In this document: positions 36,053 to 47,363 of the stretch, in pieces
Position numbering within the stretch: the stretch's first letter is position 1
Layout of the letters: each line of letters opens with the position of its first letter
From: Diplonema japonicum
Lineage: Eukaryota > Protista > Euglenozoa: Diplonemea
Reading direction: 5' to 3'
NCBI GenBank assembly: GCA_964019335.1
Contig: OZ025692.1
Span: forward strand, 480,568 to 544,567
Length of the DNA: 64,000 nucleotides
Program-made: the position numbers and the translations under genes
Notes under the pieces: generated by a model
What the model was told of the DNA's origin: nothing
Seen by the model: the letters and a program-made list of their open reading frames with translations, nothing else
Database searches by the model: none

Positions 36053-37626
36053 ACCGTGCAATGGAATAGTCAAGAAGAGAATTAAGAAAACAGAACTCGG
36101 AAAAGGAATTTCATTTTATTTTATTTTCATTCAAGGTTCACTCTTTTCGTCATTATCTTCACTCACTATATAAATCTTTGGCTAACCCCATAAGGTAGGG
36201 GATGTTCCCAGCAGTCAAAGCTGCTCCCAAAGAAAATCGTTAATAGCAGCCATAAGAGCAGAATGTTTAATAATGACTGGAAGGTGAAATAAACAACCCA
36301 TTTACTGCCAAAATGAGCAAATGTTCTCAACATTTCTTTTACAAAGAATAGCAAAAAGAAAAAACTCGAGTTGAGGTATGATTCGCTATTTCTTAGTAAT
36401 AGTAACAACTGCTATTTCTTCCTCGAGTTTCAGTAAAGAAGCTAATACCCTCAGTTTTTTTTTTATTATTCTTTCTCTTTACTATCGTTTTTTTTTTTTT
36501 TAACTGCCTAGAACCTGGCGACACAGATAAAATACAGATAAAATGGGGTATGAATGGGGGTGGGGAAAATACTGCCATTTTAGGCTAAAATCCCTTAAGG
36601 GCGGGCCCTTAAAAAGCAAACTTCTCAATTTTTAATTTGAGATGAGTAAAAAAAAAATGACAAACCTCAGCAGATGGATAGAGAGTGCATATTTTGCCCC
36701 AAAGACACCGATGTTGAGCAGGCAAGTAGAAAATAGGGCTCCCGGTTTTTCGGAGGCTATGCAATGCCATATATTTTTCTCAAGTAGTACTTTTTAACAC
36801 ACTAACCCGACCCTGGGTTGTACTCAGGGGGTCACAGGAAATTGCATTAAAATATTTTCCGCCATTTTTCGGACCGAACTCCGTTTTTCGCTTCCCGGGG
36901 GCAACCGGTGCAAAGCCTGCCACCCTCATGGCACAAGAAGCATCGCAATTGAAAGAATGGCAACAGGTACACCATGTATGTCTTCCTATGGTTGCATGCT
37001 GCCCTTTTTTTGCTAAATAATCAAAACAAAAAGATTTCCGAACTGCCAAAAAAAAGTGTTGACATTTTTTTCCGGACGAGCTCATATTTTTTTAACTGAA
37101 CAAGGTTTTTTTTTCCAGTTCTTTTCAGCAGTTTTCTTTCTTCCCCCCCCCCCCCCCCATATTATGATAATATCAATGTCTAAAGAAAATTGTTTCGCTC
37201 AAAAAAAAGGATTCAATATCTTCTTTACGACAGATAGATACGGACAAAGAGGAAAGCTTAGTTCTTTTTACCGGAGAACTCGAAAGTCTCCAAATAGTAA
37301 TTTCCTTCTTGTGTTCTTTTTTTTCTGGGTGTCCCATTACCGCCTTGGGTGTTTCTTGATTGCAAAGTTGGGTTTGGCCGTAGTGGGTCAAAGCTGAACA
37401 AAGCAAACAAAATGCATATCTTATTCTTCAGATTCAATTCATGTGTTCCCTTATTTCACAAGTGCACAGGGATCACATGCACTTTGCTCCGCAGTTCCGA
37501 CATGCTTCAGAACAGGAATGAGCCTTGCAGGAACCTTGTGTTGAGACGCAAAAATTCTTGCAATGCTTCGAGAAACATCATACACTCGATGCTGTAGGTG
37601 CAAGCCTTCGAATGTTTGCAAGATAT

Positions 37627-38955
37627 CTAACGTGCCAGAGCATTGCAAATGGCTTTGGAGATGATGTGTGAAAGGCCGATGTTGACATCTACACAAAGGT
37701 GTGTGCAGTCGTAGCCCGGAGACGTGATGGAACCGGCCTCCTCTGGGATGCCCCTCACTGCGTTGGACAAGTCAGCCACCTCGTCGACTAGCAGAACGTT
37801 CTCGGCAAGCACTGTGTTGATGGTCCATTCTCTTATAATGGACAGTGAGGCGTTTGTCGTTTTGCAGTTCCCTCTGTCACTTGGATTCACGGGACACACA
37901 CCGTCTTTCGTTGCGAAGAACTGAGGTGGGTTGGTCCCCATCACCACTTTCATCCCCTTCGTTCTCATTTCCTGAATAGTTCTGAACACTTTTTGCATGT
38001 CCGTTCGCAGATTGACATACAGCCTCTCGTAGTCAGAAGGCACGAACATCGGCATCGACCGCAAAACTTCCGACTCTTCATCGTCGTAGGGCTTCTCAGG
38101 TGCCCATGCGTTGTAGTGTGTCCCGTGCATGAAATAAACGATGTCTCCCGCCTTCGCCCAGTTGAGTACTTTCTTAAAGATATTCGGTGGATCTCTTCCA
38201 GCTGCCGAAGAGAAGCATACGGTGACGGTCTTAGGCGGGATGGTGATGGGCATGCATGTGTTGTCGTCGATGACCTTGTCCTCAGGGAGGCGGTTTTGAG
38301 CTAAAGCATCGTTGATCAGACGCAGGAATGGTAGGAGACTAGTCGAGTCGCCAATGAAGTAAATGGTCCGGCCAGCTGCACTCTCCACGAACGTGTCCAA
38401 GGTAGCTCCAAAGCTTTGTTCGATTTTCATCATCTTTGGACAGTAGACGTAGTTCCTGCTATGATTGTTTACGACCCGTTCATCTTCCCATTTATGAGTG
38501 TAGCCCTGGTGTGCCAGGTGCAAGGTCTTGTCTTGTTCAACAGGCCCAATCTCCCATGTAACCCGAGCGAGAGGTGTCGAATCGTCTGCGAAGCGTGATC
38601 TAGGTTCTGCTTGCCTGAGCCAGTCTTCGCCCGCTTTTGCCATCCATTGACTGTAAGTAAGAACGTTAGATGGCGTAGCAGGGGTTGCAATCGAGGGAGG
38701 TGTTGTTTGGGGCGCTGCTGGCTGAGAAGTAGGAACAGCAGTTGGCTGTGTTGTCGGAAGCCCTGTGGTACTTATTGGAGCAGTGGGTGATGGTGGGGTC
38801 ACAGGAACTGATAATGGTGCTGAGGGTTCAGATACAGGTGTTGAAACTTCAAAGAGGGTGTGTGGTCGGGAGTACATGAACTGCATATTCACTGTAATGA
38901 GCACCTGAGCAACCACAGCATGCACCAATACCTGCTTCCAGTTTGCCACAGTCAT
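37627..38955 (-). CDS. SGNH/GDS acyl-esterase (TBL/PC-esterase/NXPE-like) with a mucin-like stalk
   Basis: Signal anchor, P/T/S-rich linker, IYFIGDS, GTHY and DCTH (DxxH). Confidence 0.75.
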   Translation of the reverse strand: MTVANWKQVLVHAVVAQVLITVNMQFMYSRPHTLFEVSTPVSEPSAPLSVPVTPPSPTAPISTTGLPTTQPTAVPTSQPAAPQTTPPSIATPATPSNVLTYSQWMAKAGEDWLRQAEPRSRFADDSTPLARVTWEIGPVEQDKTLHLAHQGYTHKWEDERVVNNHSRNYVYCPKMMKIEQSFGATLDTFVESAAGRTIYFIGDSTSLLPFLRLINDALAQNRLPEDKVIDDNTCMPITIPPKTVTVCFSSAAGRDPPNIFKKVLNWAKAGDIVYFMHGTHYNAWAPEKPYDDEESEVLRSMPMFVPSDYERLYVNLRTDMQKVFRTIQEMRTKGMKVVMGTNPPQFFATKDGVCPVNPSDRGNCKTTNASLSIIREWTINTVLAENVLLVDEVADLSNAVRGIPEEAGSITSPGYDCTHLCVDVNIGLSHIISKAICNALAR

Positions 38956-39113
38956 TTTATAATATTATTTTTCTACCCTCGCGTGTCCTAAGAGGAAGAT
39001 ATATGAAATACAGCAAGGAAATAAAATAGAAGAAATACAGCATGGTGCAATTAAAAATGGTGTGGAAGAGCTAGATAATATGTGAGACTGTGTGTACACA
39101 ACCTGAACTCGCA

Positions 39114-39352
39114 TGCGAGAATATGCGAGAATTTGGTGTGAGAATCGCGAGTCGTTTCACCACTATGCATAGGGCTATGCTGGTAGGAAACGTCCTTATT
39201 TTCAGAATTCTAATGGAAACGCGTTTCCTTCTTAAGGAAACGGCCCCAAAAGTAAGGAAACGTTTCCGTTTCCGTATCCGTTTCCTTTTTTTTCAAAAAA
39301 TGCATAGCCCTAGGCATAGTGGTGAAGCGAGTCGCATTCTTGCACTCTCGCA
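39114..39352. mobile_element. MITE-like palindromic element
   Basis: TTCACCACTATG-CATAGGGCTATGC (39156-39180) is inverted with GCATAGCCCTAGG-CATAGTGGTGAA (39302-39326). TGCGAGAAT and GGAAACG motifs also occur inverted. Confidence 0.65.
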
Positions 39353-39752
39353 CAAAAGAAATCTGAGTCGAAGGTCTCACAAAACGACCATGTGACCATG
39401 TGACTTATGACCATGTGACCATGTGACCATGTTTAAATTTTAACTAGGAGTGACATCAAAGTCAATAAAATTAAAATGGGAGGCAAGCATTGCAACTGTA
39501 CTCCCAGGGGCCCCAGATACACAAAGCCGACCCACTAGAGTATCGAAACGACATAGAAAAGGATTATTTTCCGTATACATCATGTGGAACATCAGGTGTA
39601 AAATATGTTGCAACACACCATGTGAAATTCACGGTGTTGGGGTGGTTTGTGGACCAGACCCCTCAGACGTTTTTTCTACCAGGCTGACCAGTCTGGTCCA
39701 GACCCCTCAGACCAGTGTTGTTATATCCTGCATTTCCCACAGTAGATTTTTT

Positions 39753-41080
39753 TTACTGTAAGAAACATGGAATAAACCCTTCACTGCAGATCCAACAGTG
39801 TTGGCAAGGTCCCCCCAAGTCCATCGCACTAGCATTATCAGCACATACTGAAAATACATGTACAACATGGCTCCAAAGTCCCAGTATCATTTCACGGATG
39901 TGGGACGAAATGACAGCAGCAGTGGCACTCACTTTTGTAAGGTCTATCATCTTGCAAAAGTAGCTGTCTTCCCATCTGACATACTAATGCCAAGGATGCT
40001 TCGACGGTTTATTGTGGCCCCGTCAACAAGGAGGTACACATTCTGCCCTTGGAGCCTGTTTAGGACAGCAGCGTATGTCTCCTGTCCAAGTTCAACAACA
40101 CGGCTTTGCACGTGTTTCCTGTTGATTCCTTTCAATTTGCCTGCATCGAAAAAGCTGTGAAAGAACTTTCAATCACACAAAACGAACGGCAGGCAATACA
40201 GGCAAAGGAAATAGGACACACGATCCACCATACTCAGGGCTCGCATCTCTTGGACAACACATCTCTTTGCTGCGAGATTTGAGCCTTGAGAATGAGGCGA
40301 ACCCTGTGACAGCGACAACCCTGGCGTCGGCTCAGAGATCGGACTGCACTTTTCTTTTGCCGGCTTGGGGATCTTTGCAGCTGTCTTCTTCTTCAGCTTT
40401 TCTGCCAATTTCGCTTTCGCACCAGGGCTGTGTCTGCACTCCCAGTGCTCCTTCAGCTTCCCCGATCTTGACCTGATGGTCACCGCACGTTCAACACACT
40501 CAGGAGCAAGACACGGCCGCTTCTCCATGACCGTGCCATCCTTTTCCTTCGTCACTATCTTGCCAAAGTAGTACTCCTTAGAAGGGTCGATACCATGTGC
40601 ATCACCAACAGACCATGTCTTGTTGTCCCAGATGGATGTCTTGGGTGTTGTAGAACATTCCTTGGCAGGTGCTTCCAACATGACTAGTGTGTTTCCGGAC
40701 GAGGTGTGTGTTGCCTTAGGTTGTAAGGCTTCAGCCTTCAGAACCTTGATGGTGTCTTGTAGCTCTGTGATTCGTGCTTTTGCAAGACCAAGTTTTGCCA
40801 CGGTATCACGAAGCTGGTATGGGTTGTGGTTTATCATCTTTATGGCCTCAAGACGATAAACCCGTTCATCTTCCACATTTGGGGGGAAGTGGTGCAGGTA
40901 CCCAGGATCCTGTGCATACTCACACAAAACAGCAACACCTGGCAAGATGCCAACAATCTTCCCATCCCAGACAGAAACCATGTTGTCCTGTGTTGGTTTC
41001 TTGTGTCGCTCCCCTCCAGTGCCCCAGAAGTGGGCTCTGAAGGTTGTGCCTTCTCCTTTCCCCTTCATGAAATGCAACAT
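39753..41080 (-). pseudogene. hAT transposase, N-terminal half (BED finger and first two catalytic Asp), disrupted
   Basis: C-x4-C...H-x4-H BED finger (PCLAPEC...KEHWECRH), LPF, LLVDGAT and CADNASAM. There is a stop at 40169-40171 and a frameshift at ~39950. Confidence 0.75.
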
Positions 41081-41210
41081 TTCATCATGGCTGAGGCCAT
41101 TCTTTCACATATTTCTGTGAGAACACAGTTGGTGCCTTTTGCGTTGAGACGCGTCCATCGATGCTGCCACTGCTGCTGCTTGTACTTGAACGTTCTCTTT
41201 TGCGCTTCTT

Positions 41211-41244
<34 letters not shown>

Positions 41245-42137
41245 CAAATGTTTAAACCTTTCTCTTCATTTTTGTATTGATTTCCTCCTCTTCTTCCTCC
41301 TCCTCTAGTTCAGATTTACCTGAACATAGCCCATGCCATGCCATGTTGAGTTGGAGGTCATGTTTCTGGTGCTTATCCTCTGCGCCCTCTGCACCCCTTT
41401 CACCTTCTTCGCTACTTGGCACAGCTTCGGTGTCGGGAACGAAGAACAGAAGCAGAACAAGTACCACAGTCATTTTATCTGTTAATTGTAAACAATAATA
41501 CATAGCGTCCAGGGTTAACCGATCACCTTCGGGTTTTGAAACCCGACCCGAGCAATTTTAGATTTTCGATCACAGTCGGGTTAATGATCGGTTTTTATCT
41601 AATTTCAGATTGGTTTGATCGGTTTTTTTTTAATTTCGGATCGGTTTGATCGGTTTATGATCGGTTTTTTTTCTAATTTCGGATCGGTTTGATCGGTTTT
41701 TTTTTAATTTCGGATCGGTTTGATCGATCCAAAACCCATATTTCTGGCAAAAAATACCAAGACCATGCTCAAAAATTCTTTTTTCTAAAAACCCTATTTT
41801 GACGATCTGAGCCCATTCCAGCCATCAAAACCCAAAATAGAGCCTTATTTAAGGCCTTAAATGCAGTTTTGAAAAAACTGGTTTTCGGACTTTTTTATTA
41901 TTTTCGTAAGAACTCACCCCAAATACTTTTTTTTAGGATCTTCTGCAGTTGCCAGACATGCAGGAGAAGATCGCTTCGGTTGCTCACCGATTGTTGCCGG
42001 TGATCGAGACGATGGACCGCATTGCTGACCCGGTCAGAAAGCCGATGGAGGACTTGTCCAGCAAGCTGGAGCCCGCTGCTCGTGAAACTTTCCTGGCTAG
42101 ATGGTGAACCCACCCCAATTCTCCTTTTTGGGAAGCG

Positions 42138-42566
42138 ATGTGCTGTCTTGACCCCGTATTTCAAAGCGCGATGCAGGCCGGCTTCGCAACAGTACGCGAC
42201 AGCCTACCTCTGCAAGACGTGTCAGAGGGGGAATGGCTGTCCTACTCAGCCATAGCCATGGACCACAGCCTTGAGACGAGTACCTCATTCGATATTGAAG
42301 CGTGGTGGCTGGCTCAGAAAGCTGCTCTCCCTGTTTTGCATGACAGGGCCTTGTCGCTGCTGTATACGCAGCCTGTGGTAACAGCCGTGGACGCGGTGTT
42401 CTCCTCGATCGACGCCAAGTTTGGAGAGATGCATCGCGTCCGCCTCACACCAGACGTACAAAGGCAGCTGTTGTTCTTGTACCTGAACCAGGACATCAGT
42501 GGTGCTCTGTCTTCGTCTGACAGGCACCACGTTCTCAGGCACGCCGGGTTGCAAGCAGGGAGGTAA
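42138..42566 (+). pseudogene. hAT transposase C-terminal dimerisation domain fragment
   Basis: LDP...WW.....LPVL...A..LL...PV....VD.VFS...LFLYLN pattern. Confidence 0.75.
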
Positions 42567-42719
42567 GAAATTGTGCGTTCATCGCTGTGTGCGTGCATTC
42601 AGTTCTCTGTGGGTGAACATCCTGCCTCAACGGGCATGCTTCCACGTGTCCCATGGAGCTCTTCAAGGCGCCCCCTTACTTTGTGCGTTGCTACTTCCTG
42701 TTCAAGTTTCAATGTTTTT

Positions 42720-43480
42720 CATTATTGACTTTCGTTCCGAATCCCAGTTAAAAACCCGCCAAAACAGGGAGAATGCCGATTTTCGGGAAAATAATCCTTT
42801 TCTAAGTTGTTTCGATGCAGGCGTTGTGTACCTGGGAGGTCCGGGAGACGAATAGAAGGGTTATAAGTATGGTTGCATGCTCTCCTCCCATTCTAATTAT
42901 TGATTTTTGATTTCGCTCCTATTTAAACAGAAAAAAGAAGAAAAACCGCCAAAAAAAGCGAAAAAACAGCTTTTTGGGAAAATAATCCTTTTCTAAGTCG
43001 TTTTGATGCTCCCTGGGGTCGGCTTTGTGTATCTGGGGGGCCTGGGGGACGAATAAAAGGGTTATTATATGCATGGTTGTGTGCTCTCCTCCCGTTTTAA
43101 TTATTGACTTTTGATTTCGCTCCCAATTAGGATCCTGCCTGAAACAGGGAAGCACCAGCTTTTTGGGAAAATAATCCTTTTCTATGTCATTTTGATGCTC
43201 CCTGGGGTCGGCTTTGTGTATGTGGGGGGCCTGGGGGATGAAACGAAGGGTATTAAGCATGATTGCATGCTCTCCTCCTGTTTTAATTTTTGATTTTCGA
43301 TTTTTTTTTGTTTTTTCACTTTTAATTAAAAACCCATCAAAAAAAGCGAAAAAACAGCTTTTCGAGAAAATAATCCTTTTCTAAGTTGTTTTGATGCTCC
43401 CTGGGGCTGGCTTTGTGTATCTGGGGGGCCAGGGATACGAATATAAGGGTTTTAAGCATGGTTGCATGCTCGCCTTTCAT
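42720..43480. repeat. About four copies of a ~190-bp subterminal tandem repeat of the hAT element
   Basis: GAAAATAATCCTTTTCTA...GGCTTTGTGTAT recurs at ~42785, 42975, 43165 and 43365, with an inverted copy at ~39480-39572. Confidence 0.85.
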
Positions 43481-44269
43481 TTGACGTCAATTTAAAACCT
43501 GATTGTAATTAAAAACCCACGGGTGATTGGTTAACCCTGGATACTATGATAATACAAAGAAAATGATAAACAAAGGCTAAATACTGTATAAATACACGTT
43601 GACTCTGACAGCAATGCAACACAATGTGAAGCAACATGATGTGTTTTCTGTTCACGTTTCATTCACTTGACACAAAAAATGTGAAGTAACACAACACAAC
43701 ACACCAAAGTGTCGTTTGTATATTGTACCATACAGTGTATAAAATATTTTCTGTGTCGAAATTTCTAAAAACTCCCAGAAGGGCTGCCCCTTTCATAACT
43801 GAAAGTTAGATTTTTTCTTCTTCTTTTTTTTTTTTTACATAATTTGTGTTGTACTTTTGTCATGATAAGGAATACATGCCAGGTCTTTAATTATTATTTT
43901 TTTTTTCTTGCATTGTACTTTTCTTGTAAGCCTCTTTTTAATATTTTTTTTTTCAAAGCTGGTCCCCAAACCCCCAGACATTTTTTTTATTTTTTTTTTT
44001 TTACATAGTCACAACAAGGTATGAGCCTTGCCTAAGATCCCACCCAAACCTAGGACCTCTTTTTTTGAACCTTTGAAACCAAAAGTACCAAAAAAATGCA
44101 AGCCCCAGCCTAAATTTGGGCCTTTGTGACACAAAAAACACAAAGAAATTTTTTGGTCCCAAGAGTCCCCTGAGTCCCCTCCAGACCCCTGAGTCCCCTG
44201 AGTCCCTTGAGTCCCTCCAGCTGAGTCCCCTGAGTCCCCTCCAGACCAGTGTTGGTCAGTCCCATCCCA

Positions 44270-44574
44270 TCCCCTAAAACAGAATATGGGCCTGGATGGG
44301 ACTCACAGGACTCCATGGGACAGGACTCGATGACCCAATTATTGCTGGACTGACTGGACTGACCAGACTGACCAGACTGGACCAGACTGGACTGGACCGG
44401 ACCAGACCAGACTGGACTGGACTGAACCGGACCGTACAAAATACAACCACAACACCACATCCCCCCCTTTTTTTGCTGCAGAGTTCAAACATATAAACAG
44501 ATGTCTACAAGAAAAGATGTTACACAGGTACTGAGAGACAACAACAACAACAAAAACAACAAGAAACAAAGAAG

Positions 44575-44617
<43 letters not shown>

Positions 44618-46331
44618 CTTCTTTTTCAGGTGGATAACATGAAAATATAAGGAAAACATCAGATGTGTTGTTTGCTGTTGACCTCCTCATTGGTCATCAC
44701 CAAGCAAACCACATGAGTGCAGAATCTTGGTTACCCAGGGTGCCCTGGCTAGGGTTGAGCTGAACCCCACACACATTAAGGACACGACACAGAGCACAGA
44801 AGAAGCTACAACTCAGCCACAGTGATTAAGGACACGATGCAGAATGCAGAAGAAGCTACAACCCAGCTGTGGTGCACCCCCTGTAATCAAGTAGACAGTT
44901 CTTGTGCAGGGCACTGCCAACACCGGCCTCCTTTAACTCTTGTATATTATTCCAAAGGTGGTGGGGATAGCATGAAAAAACATCAGATGTGTTGTTCACT
45001 GTTGACCTCCTCATTGGTCATCACCGGTAGCTCCCAAGTGGAAGAACATAATGCAGATGCTCAGGGTGATGAATTGGCAGCAAACTGCATGAGTGCAGAA
45101 TCTTGGTTACCCTGGGTTGCTACGGCTGGGGTTAAGCTGCACACTGCACACATTAAGAACACAACACAGAACACAGAAGAAGCTACAACTCAGCTGCAGT
45201 GCCCCCCTGTATCAAGTTAACAGTTCTTGTGCAGGCACCACCAACACGATGAACAGGCATTTCCTCCATCCACTTGGCCAGTCATCACCTGTAGCACCCT
45301 GAGTGGAAGAACAAATTGCAGATGCTCAGGGTGAGTAAACTACTTAGGGCACCAGCTGGGGTTGAGCTGCACACTGCATGCATTAAGGACATGACACGGA
45401 ATGCAGCAGCGGCCAAGGTGCACCCCCTGTCACTGGTCTCCTTTACCTCTTTCATGTTATTTGGTGGTGGGGATCACAGAAATATGGAAATATAAGAAGT
45501 ACATCAGATGTGTTGTTTGCTGTTGACCTCCATGTTGGTCATCACCAATTGTGCCTGAGTGGAGGAACGTATTGCAGATGCTCAGGGTGATGAACTGGCA
45601 TCAAACTACACAGGCCCAGAATCTTGGTTACCAGGGCCATGGCTGGTGTTGAGCTGCACACTGCACACATTAAGGACACGACACGGAATATTGTGCTGTC
45701 AGTGTTGTGGTGATATAGTCACCACTTTCAACCTCGATGATGCAAAGGGGGAAAAAAAAGGGGGGGGGGGGGAAACTAGTTTGACACTCCATTTGTTTGT
45801 GCGCATGAGCAGAATTCTACCTAATAAAATAGCTCATTATACTGCCATCAACTAGTTTTTAGTCTTGACAATAATATTGTTAAAACAAAAAAAAAAGTAA
45901 GGAATTCCCTGTTCCACCAAGTTCCGGTTCTGCCATTCTGCCAAGTTCCAACTTTCAGTTTGGCGGAAGGGAATGGAACAACCCAATCCTGCACAAGCAG
46001 AATCTTGGTTACCCAGGACACCCCGGCTGGGGTTGAGCTGAACACCACACACATTAAGGACACAACATGGAACGCAGAAGAAGCTACAACTCAGCTGTGG
46101 TGTACCCCCTGTAATCAAGTAGTCTTGTGCAGGTCCTTTAACTCATATATCTCTCACCGCGGCCGGGTTGTAGCTTCTTCTGTGTTCCACATTGATCACC
46201 ACAGCTGGGTTGTATTACATCCAAATACAACATTTCCGGACATTTGTACATACCTGCAGCTGCAGTGCACCAGAGTAGATAGGTGCAAATGGCTTGATGG
46301 AGCTGTGCATGTCTGTGGTATGAAGAAGAAG

Positions 46332-46368
<37 letters not shown>

Positions 46369-47326
46369 TGTCCAAAAATATTTGAAAAAAAAGTGTTTGC
46401 AGGTGTGTCAAAAATTGCAGAAAATTTTTGAGTCTGGTCAGTCCGGTCAGTCCGGCCGATCCGGTCAGTCCAGTCAGTCTGGTAAAATGGGTACCAGACC
46501 AGACCGGATTCACCCATCACTGCTCAGTGTTGGGGGGGGGTCTGGAATAGTGATTTTATCTGCCTCTTTTCACGGAAAAGCCCCCACCTTGCCGATCGCG
46601 ATGGAAGACACGGTTTATGGTTCCCATGCCCCCCACCAGATCGTCTTCTACTCCTCTTTTCACTTTTTTTTTTTATTAGTAAATTAAAACTTCTTTTTTT
46701 TACATAGTCACAACAAGGTAGTATGAGCAAACCCGCAAACCTGCAAACCCGCAAACCTGACATTTTTTTTATTTTTTTTTTTTTACATAGTCACAACAAG
46801 GTATGAGCCTTGCCTAAGATCCCACCCAAACCTAGGACCTCTTTTTTTGAACCTTTGAAACCAAAAGTACCAAAAAAATGCAAGCCCCAGCCTAAATTTG
46901 GGCCTTTGTGACACAAAAAACACAAAGAATTTTTTTGGTCCCAAGAGTCCCCTCCAGACCCCTGAAAATTTCAGGGGACTCCTGTCCTGTCCCTTGGAGT
47001 CCCCTGAGTCCCTCAAGGGTGGTGGGATAACATGGAAATATAAAGAAGTACATCAGATGTGTTGTTTGCTGTTGACCTCCCTGGTAGTGCCCAAGTGGAA
47101 AGGCAAGTAGTTTACTCACCCTGAGCATCTGCAATTTGTTCTTCCACTCAGGGTGCTACCAGTGATGGGTGAATCCAGTCTGGTCCAGTGTACCCAATTT
47201 ACCAGACATCAGCCAGACTGACTGGATTGGCTGGACTGGCCAGACTGACTAGACTGACCAGACTCAAAAATTTTCTGCAATTTTTGACACACCTGCAAAC
47301 ACTTTTTTTTCAAATATTTTTGGACA

Positions 47327-47363
<37 letters not shown>

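Larger units (their letters stand above)
41501..43548 (+). mobile_element. Internally deleted hAT element with 27-bp TIRs and a 6-bp TSD (ATAATA)
   Basis: Left end CATAGCGTCCAGGGTTAACCGATCACC; right end reverse complement CATAGTATCCAGGGTTAACCAATCACC. ATAATA flanks both sides. Subterminal (GATCGGTTT)n at 41586-41730. Confidence 0.82.

Noticed and set aside
39947-40171. Stop-codon reassignment in the hAT transposase
   Set aside because: One break is a frameshift, host genes use TGA, TAA and TAG as stops, and decay explains the lesions.
41065-41500. Short minus-strand ORFs between the hAT pieces
   Set aside because: No recognisable motif; they cannot be assigned to a gene from sequence alone.
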